From assembly GCF_009914755.1 (NCBI RefSeq), contig NC_060947.1: 64,000 nucleotides of DNA; one strand, 5' to 3'. The notes under the pieces are model-generated. The model worked only from the letters and a program-made list of their open reading frames with translations, was not told the origin of the DNA and searched no databases. Shown here piece after piece: positions 53,570 through 64,000 of this stretch. Each line of letters begins with the position of its first letter. The first letter of the stretch is position 1. The translations under genes were made by a program, and so were the position numbers. Source of the DNA: the human T2T-CHM13v2.0 reference genome, Homo sapiens.

Positions 53570-55157
53570 GGTGTATCACATTTATTGACTTGTGTATGTT
53601 AAACCATCACCATCCCTGCATCTCTGGTATGAAACCCAGTTAATGATGGTGGATTATCTTTTTGATATGTTGTTGGATTCAGTTAGCTAGTATTTTGTTA
53701 GGGATTTTAGTGTCTATGTTCATCAGGGATATCAATCTGCACTTTTCTTTTTTGGTTATGTCCTTTCCTGGTTTTGGTATTAGGGTTATGCTGGCTTCAT
53801 AGAATGAATTAGTAAGGGTTCCCTCTTACTCTGTCTTGTGGAATAGTGTCAAAAAGATTGGTACCAATTCTTCTTTGAATGTCTGGTAGAATTCTGCTGT
53901 GAATCTGTCTGGTCCTGGACTTTTTTTGTTGATAATTGTTTAATTACCATTCCAATCTTGCTGCTTGTTATTGTTGTGTTCAGGGTATCTAATTCTTCCT
54001 GATTTAAGCTGGGAGGGTTGTATTTTTCCAGGAATGTATCCATCTCTTCTAGGTTTTCAAGTTTATGTGTGTAAAGGTGTTCATAGTAGCCTTGGATGAT
54101 CTTTTGGATTTCTGTGGTGTCAGTTGTAATAGCTCCCATTTCGTTTATTATTGAGGTTATTTGGATTTTCTCTCTTCTTTTCTTGGTTAAGCTTGCTAAT
54201 TGTCTATCAATTTTATTTATCTGTTCAAAAAATGAGCCTTTTGCTTCATTAATCTTTGGGGGTTTTTTTTGTTTGTTTCAATTTCATTTAGTTCTGCTCT
54301 GATTTGGTTATTTCCTTTATTCTGCTAGGTTTGGGTTTGGTTTGTTCTTGTTTCTCTAGATCCTTGAGGTGTGACCTTAGAATGTCAGTTTGTGCCCTTT
54401 CAGTCTTTTTGATGCAGGCATTTATAGCTATGAACTTTCCTCTTAGCACCGCCTTTGCTGTATCCCAAAAGTTTTGATAGGTTGTGTCACTATTGTCGTT
54501 CAGTTCGAAGAATTTTTTAGTTTGCATCTTGATTTTGTTTTTGACCCAATGATCATTCAGGAGCAGGTTATTTAATTTCCATGTATTTGCATGGTTTTGA
54601 AGGTTCCCTTTGGAGTTGATTTCCAGTTTTATTCCACTGTGCTCTGAGAGAGTGCTTGGTATAATTTCAATTTTCTTAAATCTATTAGGCTCATTTTGTG
54701 GCCTATCGTATGGTCTATCTTGGAGAAAGTTCCATGTGCTGTTGAATAGAATGTGTATTCTGCAGTTATTGGATAAAATGTTCTGTATATATTTGTTAAC
54801 GTCCATTTGTTTCAAGGTATAGTTTAAACCCATTGTTTCTTTATTGATTTTCTGTCTTGATGACCTGTCTAGTGCTGGCAGTGGGGTATTGAAATCCCCC
54901 ACTATTAATCTGTTGCTGTCTATCTCATTTCTTAGGTCTACTAGTAATTGTTTTATAAATTTGGGAGCTCCAGTGTTACGTGCATATATGTTTAGGATTA
55001 TATTTTCCTGTTGGACAAGGCCTTTTACCATTATATAATATCCCTCATTGTCTTTTTTAACTGCTGTTACTTTAAAGTTTGTTTTGTCTGAAATAAGAAT
55101 AGCTACTCCTGCTTGCTTTTAAAGTTCATTTGCATGAAATGCCTTTTTTCCACCCCT
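53570..55157 (-). mobile_element. L1PB-like internal ORF2 fragment without 3' end, tail or TSD
   Basis: Minus-strand ORFs 54288-55031 and 53849-54139 are L1 ORF2 N-terminal sequence. Confidence 0.93.
54288..55031 (-). pseudogene. L1 ORF2p AP-endonuclease domain remnant, frameshifted
   Basis: [36 protein letters not shown] and [12 protein letters not shown] motifs. Confidence 0.93.
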
Positions 55158-55327
55158 CATCCTGGGTTGTAAATTCCCTTTTTCCTTGTTATATTTGAAG
55201 TTGAGCCCAATCTCTCTCCCCAAATGCAAAACCCCATTACAGTGGTCCCTATACCTATTGCAACAGTTCTGACTATAGTCTGCCTCACTGTTCTTTAACA
55301 AGTGTCATGAATAATTTTTATTTAACA
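55158..55327 (+). mobile_element. 3' fragment of an ERV1 LTR (MER31-like)
   Basis: gaagttgagcccaatctctctccc...tctttaacaagtgtcatgaataatttttatttaaca. Confidence 0.6.
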
Positions 55328-55334
55328 ATAATAA

Positions 55335-55515
55335 AATAATACAACATAATAATATATTTTATCTTTAGAATGTGCTAAAAACTTTATATACTTAACTCCT
55401 TTAATCTTCACCTTCATCCAGTAGGATAGTCATTATTGTTAGTTATCCCCACTATCCAGATAAGGAAGCTGAGGCACTGAGCTTTTAGGTACCTCACCTG
55501 GGTCACATAGCTAAC
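55335..55515 (-). mobile_element. MIR
   Basis: cagataaggaagctgaggcactgag...ggtcacatagcta. Confidence 0.7.
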
Positions 55516-56616
55516 AATAACAACAACAACAAAACCTCAAATGGACGTCTGCCAAGGCTCAATGCTACGCCTTCAAAACATTAAGCCAGGTGTTATTCAG
55601 ACATAAAATAATCAGAAACGGAGGTTCCACCCATAGATATTCAACAAGTTCAAACAAACAGCTGCACTGAACCATTTTTACCTCTAAAAGTGTGGATCAC
55701 AGGGGCATCTGAACCCTGCATTTCAAGTACAGTTTACAAATGATTTCACCAAGGGTTTTCTAATCTGAATAAAGGAAGACAAGGAAGCTGGGATAAAACA
55801 CAAAACTTAAATTTAGTAAAAGGGCCACAAAAGGATGCTGTTGAATCCCTGTGGGGTTTCTTTGTGGGTGTCTGAAAATGGGAAGGAGATAGAAGGCAGA
55901 AGGGAGCTCTGTGTGTGATATAAATGACCACAACTCAATGTTTAGGAAGACATTCTAAAGGGAGAAACTTCCTCCTGTAGGACAAAAGAGGATAACAATA
56001 ATAGCAAACATTAATTGAGTGCTTAATGCATGCCAGGCACCAAGCATGGTTCTAAGTGTTATTGTTTTTTAATCATTACATGATTTGGTCTGATTTGATC
56101 TTCACGACAACTCTATAAGGCATATTTTGAGAAATTAGCCCTGTCTTGTATGGAGAAACACAATGTAAGCTCAAAGGGAAATAATCTGAAAGGACAACTG
56201 CTGCATTTACACAAAACAATATTAGGAAAATAAAGATTAATGGCTCTTGCCTATAGATTTCTATTTGTACAATTGCAGGAGAAAAAGGTTTTAAAATTTA
56301 CCCAAATAAAACTGTACCTATTAGTTTGCAGTTAATTATTGAAAATGAAAGACGATTATATCACACTCTTCCCCAACTCTTCAAATTGGATAGCATTTCT
56401 ATAAAATGAGTGTTTAGAGATTTCTAAAATAAAAACAATACAATAGAGGAACAACAAAGAAAAACACCTCAAGGTATCTGAATTGTTTCCGGATAAATGA
56501 ATGTGTTTTTAAGAAATATTCAAGCAAATATTGAAAATAATTCAAGCAGAGAGAGAGAGAAAGAGAGAAATGATATATTTTCTTCTTATAACTATAAATG
56601 TGTTATATATGTATAG

Positions 56617-57164
56617 TGTAGGAGTCCAGAATATGCCACCCCAAAATATGCCTCTTTGGCATAAGGACTATTTTCAGTTGATTATTCTAAGAAACTACAG
56701 ACACAGGAGAAGCTCTAAAAACAGAGAAGTTACCCTTTTGTAAGAGAAATTCACATCTATTAAAAAAAAACTCCATTTGTAAGGGTGTCTCCCACTCCAT
56801 ACCAGAAAGAAAAGGCTTACTCTAAATCACTAGAAACTCTTATCAGTGGAGAAGGTACCTGCTTAAATTTGCATAAAAAATGTTACCCTTGTTTACCATG
56901 CTTTTTCTAGTCACATTCCCATAACTGCTTCCCCTCCACACCCTTCTTTCTTTGTTTCAACTGAAGATAGTATTTAAGCCTGAATTCAAAGCCATTTTTT
57001 TGAGATTTACTTTTTGCTCTCAGTATCTCCCAATGTATACATAAGACATACATGTTAATAAACTTTTTTGTTTTTCTCTTGTTAATCTGTCTTTTGTTAC
57101 GGGGGTCTATCCCAACTAAGAACTATGAAGCATAGTGGTAAAAATATTTTTTTCCTCCCCTACA
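56617..57164 (+). mobile_element. ERV1 solo LTR (MER34-like)
   Basis: tgtaggagtccagaatatgccaccccaaaatatgcc...cctcccctaca; TSD ata(g/a). Confidence 0.85.
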
Positions 57165-57453
57165 ATAAAATGATCTCTTTAGGTTACATTGAAAAACTGA
57201 GGTGAAGAGATATTCTTCCCATATTAAATCAATCACCATAGACCTTCAAAAGAAAAAATATAAATGGAAGAAAGTTTTATTTTTAATGAAATAAGGAAGG
57301 AGCCACACAACAAACTATAACCAAAAAGAATATGTTGGAGCTCAAAAACTGATACCTCAAAATATGACATTTGGTTATGGTGAACTGAAGAAGCTTTAAG
57401 GTCCCTCTGACTTTCCTCACTTCCCATAATAGTCTCTCTTAAAGCATAAGATA

Positions 57454-57786
<333 letters not shown>

Positions 57787-58079
57787 CTAAAGTCTGAACT
57801 CACCAAGGAAAACAATAGATTTTTCTTCCCCTCCCTGTTATCTCATTACCTATTGCAGAAAAGAAGACCAAGAATGTAACCACACCTGAACAGACTCTAT
57901 AAGATAATGTCTGTCTCTTAGACTCATTCACATTCTAAAGAGAACCACTTACCAGGTAATCTCTGTTCCCCAACCATTCATTCTCTCTAGTAATCCTTTA
58001 CTGCTCCTCAATAGAATTTCTCTTGTTTTGCAAGGATCCAAGCTCCCATTCTTTCTGTAACTTTAAGATGGTATATAAG

Positions 58080-58378
58080 GGCCTGATGTGGTGGCTCACC
58101 CCTGTAATCTAAGCACTTTGGGAGGTCGAGGTGAGATTGCTTAAGGCCAGTTCAAGACCAGCCTGGGCAACATAGTCTGACCCTGTCTCTACAAAAAAGA
58201 TAAAAGAAATAGCCAGGCATGGTGGCATGTGCCTGTAGTCCCAGCTACCTGGGAGGCTGAGCAGGAGGATAGCTTGACCTACAAGTTGGAGGCTATAATG
58301 AGCTATGATCACATCACTGCATTACAGTCTGAGTGACAGAGCAAAACCCCATCTCTAAAAATAAATGAATACATTTTA
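58080..58378 (+). mobile_element. AluJ (Jo-like), diverged
   Basis: cagcctgggcaacatag...accctgtctctac and gagctatgatc. Confidence 0.9.
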
Positions 58379-58659
58379 AAAGATAAGCTTATATAAGCTT
58401 CTATACTTCACTGGGGGATTGGATCTTCATTCTGAAGGCTCCCTTGTATACACGTTAAATAAATATGTATACCTATTCTATTAATCAATATGCCTTATGC
58501 CAGTGATTTTTAGGGAACCTTCAGTGGGCCAAGGGCCTTGCCCCCTACAAATACCAACCAAATGCAGTGGAACTGAAACCTAAACAGGGATAGATTCCAA
58601 GATAGACCTAAAATTCTCCACATATTAAAGAGCATTGTTAAGTATCAATGATATACCAT

Positions 58660-58850
58660 ATACCAAGAAATATTCTAAGTGGTAACTAATTTAATCCTGA
58701 CAACCCTGTGAGATAGGTAATATTATTTTCCCCATTTACAAGCAATGAAACAGAGGCATAGAGAAGGTAAGTAACTTGCCCAAGATCACAAAACTACTGG
58801 TTATTAAAACTGAAGTTTGAACTCTGGAACTTGAATAGAGCACAGAGCTC
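58660..58850 (-). mobile_element. MIR
   Basis: gaaacagaggcatagagaaggtaagtaacttgcccaagatcaca. Confidence 0.8.
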
Positions 58851-59872
58851 TCCAAAAAGAAGTGGCAGAAAAATCCCTCACTTAACAAAGAAAGTTCTAA
58901 TATAAGGCTGGGCTGGACTGAGAGTGCCTCCTTGAAGCCACTCCAACACAGAGCGGCAAGGGAGGCAGCCTTGAACAAAAAAAGTCCCAGAAAAAACAGG
59001 TGGTCAGTATGGCAGAAAGAGGCTGGGGGTGGGGGACGGCAACCAATTCGTAGCTGTTAATCTTTGTCAGGAGAAGAAGAGCAAGTGCCAAGTCATCACT
59101 CAAGAAGCCTGTGGCACATGGGGCTTTACTGCAAGACTATCAGGCCAGTCTTGTCAGACTGTACTGCAAAATCCATGTAAACCATCTCTGAGACTCTTGA
59201 TTTAAATCCAAGCAAGCTGAAACCTCATGTTCCCTTAACCACACAATTTTTTTTTTAGCAAATAAATGATCTATAAGAAATGTCTTACAGAATATTTTGA
59301 AGATAGTTTTTATAACATTAGGCTGAGGATGCGTTACTGACAATTCATAGAGTTGGTTTGGCCTTAGAAAATAAGGTGGTGGGGAGAGAAAACAGTAGAG
59401 GGATCCCTCCTTCACTCCTTTAGCCAAAATAAATTCCAAAGATGTGAAATGTTTAAATATAACGAAATGAAATTTTTAAAACCCTAGAAGATACCATGAA
59501 AGATTTTAAACGATAAATTTAGGATGTTTGATCAAAAAAGCTTAGAGACCTCTACAATGTCAGTTAAAAAGAAAAGCATATGTCCCCTTCCCCAGTGCAT
59601 CTGTTTCTTTAGTGTATTTATTATACATATATATATAAAATATATGAAACATGGATTTATTTATACAATTATAAATAGTCACTCACCACACTCTAACATT
59701 TACGTATCTATATACAGCTATATAGATATAAAGATATAGATAGATATAAATGTAATCCTCACGACTCTAAGAGGCACACGTTTAGAAACAAGCTGCTCTG
59801 TCTTTAAAGAGTTAATGTGTAATAATGCTAAACTACAAATAATGCTTCCTTTCATCCTATATAATGTATATA

Positions 59873-60209
59873 TAGTCATGCATCACTTAATGAGGAGGAT
59901 ATATTCTGAGAAATGCATTGTTAGGCAATTTTGTTGTTGTGCAAACATCAGAGAGTGCACTTACACAAACCTAGATGGGATAGCCTACTAGACACCTAGG
60001 CTATATGGTATAGCATGTTGCTTCTAGGCTATGAACCTATACAGTACATTACTTTAGTGAATACTGTAGGAAATTGCTACAAAATGGTAAACACTTGTGT
60101 ATCTAAACCTAGAAAAGGTACAGTAAAAATATGGTATTATAATATTATGGGATCATCATCAATATATGCAAAACTATTGTTGCCTGAAATGTTATGTTGT
60201 ACATAACTG
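59873..60209. mobile_element. Tigger3a/MER7A-like MITE
   Basis: agtcatgcatcacttaatga...tacataactg TIRs with TA flanks. Confidence 0.88.
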
Positions 60210-60225
60210 TATATATGTATATATA

Positions 60226-60542
60226 CAGTCCTCCCTCACTGTCCATGGGAGATTGGCTCCAGGACTTCCTTTAAATACCAAAATTCATGGATGCTCAAGT
60301 CCCTGATGTAAAATGCCTTAGTATTTATGTGTAACCTATGCACATCTCCCCACATACTTTAAATCATCTGTAGATTGCTTATAATACCTAATATAATGTG
60401 CTATAAAAACAGTTGTTTTATTATATTGCTTATAAAATAATGACAAGAAAAAATGTCTTTACGGACCCAATTAAAAAAAAATTCTATCTGTGGTTGTTTG
60501 AATTCATGGGTGCATTACCCACAGATACAGAGGGCCGACCTT
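60226..60542. mobile_element. MER2 (Tigger-type MITE)
   Basis: cagtcctccctc...ataccaaaattcatggatgctcaagtccct...gagggccgac. Confidence 0.88.
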
Positions 60543-61589
60543 ACATAAAAAATGAACATAAAATATGTAATCTTAGGTTGAGGTGAACCAGCATTTACAA
60601 TTTTAGGCATAAATCCATGTTTCAAATAGTCTTCTTGATAATCTTGAATATTTTAGGCCAAATTCTTATCAGATCTGATGAGACTGTATGTATTTTTCAC
60701 CCTGCAGTACAGTTGAACAGAAACAAAGAGAGCATCAAAGGGCCAAGAACAGGAGGACAAATCATATCCTTGTAAGATTCTCTGGCTGGCATGCTGTTAT
60801 TCATGTAGTGGACACCACTACTGTGTTACAATGTTGCTGACATGGCCTCAGTGACTGTGAGGACTCCCTAACATTCCCTGTGTCACTGAGTTACTCTTTC
60901 CAGTCTCAAATTGCAGACCCCCATGATGGAATCTGAATTAGTGGTATATGCCTGGCTACCATAGGGCAGAGAGAGGGAGGACAATTTCAACTTTCTAAAT
61001 GCAAGACAAGGCTCCATACGAAATGAGAGAATCTCAACAATAGGAAGGAATTGGGTGCTATACAGCTGTGACAATGAACATTGTCCACTATTGCATGTCT
61101 CAGCAATTCATAGTGGCTGAGAGCATGGGCACAGAGTCAACAGACTGAGACCAAAACTATCATTTGCTAGTCCCATGACATGACTGCTCTTAATAGGGTT
61201 CCACCAGGGAATTAAGCACTAACACTCCAAAACAATTGTTCTATACAATGCATTAATTTATTTCCTATGTTACTAGAATGGTGTTAGTTATACATTCTTG
61301 GAAGAATTGAGGAAATAGTCACTCCAGTCGTTTTCTATAGGGCTTAATTATCTCACTGAACCTCTTGTGAGAGAAGCTGCAAGCTTAGATAAATTATTTA
61401 CTTTTTCTACGCCCGTTTTCTCTTTTAATTTCTAAAGTATAGACAAAAATTGTACCTTGTTCATAATTATTTAAAGATAATGTAATAAGCTAAAACATGT
61501 AAAGAACTTAGAACAATGCAAGGCACAATAGTAAATGCCATTTCTATCAACATCATATCCATATTTATATTTTTCACTTCTACCTGTAG

Positions 61590-61729
61590 TATGGGTGCTC
61601 AGTAAATAGTTGAGGAATGAATGGATATATGCCTGGGTGAAGATGAACAGTAGTGGTGTGCAGAGTAAATTAGGTGAGACAGGAAGCAGAAAGGCTGTTT
61701 GGAACCTGCTTGAATAATAACACAAAAAG
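61590..61729 (+). other. Candidate non-coding exon (140 nt)
   Basis: Acceptor tttttcacttctacctgtag and full-consensus donor AAG|gtaagt; partly L2-derived. Confidence 0.3.
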
Positions 61730-62477
61730 GTAAGTAAAGAGGTTTTGAAACAGGGAGACAGCACTGAAAATTGAGAGAACACAGAGATTATTCCACAAGT
61801 CTTGGAATCTGATAGGGTGTGGGGAGTGGAAATAACACAAACTTATGAGCTTGGGTAACTGAGTAAATGGATGGTGGTGTCATTCACAGAAAGAAAAAAA
61901 AAAACTTCCAGAGAGAGGTGATGAGCTGAGTTTGGAACATTCAGGTAACTAACCTTATAAGTAGTGTGAAAGAGGGGATATTTATTCAAAAAGATTTTTG
62001 TTACCTTTTTCCATTTATCTTTTTAACTTTTTTACTTTGTTTAAATCCAAAGGACCTTCCAAGCAGGACTGCATTCAAACCATTCCAAGAAAAGTGCCAT
62101 ATTTGGTGGTTGGGTTGTATGGTTGCAAGTCATAGAAACAACTGTTATTAGCTTAGGAAGAAGAAGTAGAAGGGGGCAGGAATTTATTGGGGTAATATAG
62201 GGGGATACTGTGGAAATAATTGGAAAGAATACATTAAAACCTCAGAAAGAATATAGTTGGGAAAGAAAGCCATCAGGTACCCAGAAAGGACTCTGTCATA
62301 GGGTTTTCTTTCTTGTGTTGGCCTCCTTATTCTCTCTCTGCAGACCTGTTATTTCTGCTACACAGTCCACATGCTGAGAGGTGGCCATGTGACTTGTAGC
62401 AGATATCAGTGTTCTGCCCAAATACCTTCCAATTCCAATTTGTCTTTTTTGTGGATCCCCTAGCTTTGGTATGTTTT

Positions 62478-62952
62478 TGAGGTAGAAGATCAGAGGACTT
62501 ATTTCCTAGTCCCGACCGGATGAAACAAAGAAACTTGCTGGAACCAACAAATGGTGCTGAAAGCAACCTCTAATTGCCCTCATTGCTCATTAGCATAAGA
62601 CACTCCCATCACCACCATGACAGTTTACAAATGCCATGGCAATGACCCAGATGTTACCACCCCTTTCAATGGCAACTACCTGGAAGTTAATGCTCCTTTT
62701 CTAGAGATTTTGGCATAGCCCACCCCTTAATTTGCATGTAATTAAAAGTAGATATAAATACAGCTAGCCAATAGCCCACAAGTGCCAACTCTGGGCACAC
62801 TGCCTATGCATTAGTCCTGTTCCACAAAAAGCAGTACTGGTTCAATAAAAGGTGCTGTCTTTCACTGCTGGTTCATTATTGAATTCTTTCTTGAGAAAAG
62901 CCAAGAACCCTCCTAAGCTAAGCCCCAAATTTGGGGGCTAGCCCACCTGCAT
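62478..62952 (+). mobile_element. ERV1 solo LTR (MER41/MER66 group)
   Basis: ccatgacagtttacaaatgccatggcaa; AATAAA near 62845; end ctaagccccaaatttgggggct...ctgcatc. Confidence 0.8.
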
Positions 62953-63184
62953 CCCTTTCCCTCCCCTCCCCAGTATACATTTTGTACACTGGCTCAAAGG
63001 GTGAATTTAATTTCCAGTCTCAGTGGTAGCTAATTTGAACCTGATTTGAAATTGATTGTTTTCAAGCAGATACTAGTATGTATGCATTTATTAATAGACA
63101 GGCACTGAGTCTCATTTTTCTTCTACTTTCTCTGCTAATCTGTTCATGAAATGTGATTTTCAGCAACCATGTACATACATGCAA

Positions 63185-63549
63185 TGTATTAGTCTGTTTT
63201 CACACTGCTGTAAAGAACTACCTGAGATTGGGTAATTTATAAAGGAAAGAGGTTTAATTGGCTCACAGTTCTGCATGGTTGGAGAGACCTCAGGAAACAC
63301 AATCATGGCAGAAGGCGAATGGGAAGCAAGACACATCTTACATGGCAGCAGGACAGACAGAGCGATGGAGGAGACTGCTGAATACTTTTAAACCATCAGA
63401 TCTCATAGGAACTCCCTCATTATCACGAGAACAGCATGGGAGAAACTGACCCCATGATCCAATCACCTCCCACCATGTCCCTCTCTTGACACATGGGGAT
63501 TACAATTAGAGGTGAGATTTGGGTGGGGACACAAAGCAAAATCATATCA
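63185..63549 (-). mobile_element. MSTA/THE1D-like MaLR solo LTR
   Basis: tgtattagtc...atcatatca; perfect 5-bp TSD tgcaa. Confidence 0.92.
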
Positions 63550-63557
63550 TGCAATGA

Positions 63558-63905
<348 letters not shown>

Positions 63906-64000
63906 TAAATAACATTTATTTTCTCTTTTAGGGCATAGGAATTGTAGTTCACACCTACAATTCTGTTTAGAGGACTGCCAAGAGAGTCTTGGAGTCCCAT

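Noticed and set aside
62478-62952. Interferon-inducible MER41B-type STAT1 enhancer
   Set aside because: I did not see tandem TTCNNNGAA sites, and the subfamily looks different from MER41B.

Overview
Primate genomic DNA, catarrhine and plausibly human, judged from AluY, AluS, AluJ, THE1 and L1PA elements. It is AT-rich, has no CpG island, and contains no host protein-coding exon, RNA gene or CRISPR-type structure that I can recognise. The window is a layered record of transposon insertions: old L1M/HAL1, L2, MIR and DNA transposons, plus about 20 LTR elements, densest at 43-64 kb. The only ORFs with real protein homology are dead L1 ORF2 fragments. The most notable items are: (i) a MER61-like proviral 5' end with a p53 response element, a tRNA-Ile-like PBS and a consensus splice donor, with a nested THE1 LTR carrying a DUX4 motif; (ii) a triple nest, MIR > LTR > 5'-inverted L1PA, with both TSDs intact; (iii) a tail-less, TSD-less L1 fragment joining two unrelated truncated ERV pieces; (iv) duplication-plus-templated-insert repair scars; (v) a CpG-retaining, enhancer-like unique block; and (vi) several candidate non-coding exons. 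I found no convincing evidence of a new biological system. Repeat subfamily names come from remembered consensus sequences and need Dfam/RepeatMasker confirmation.
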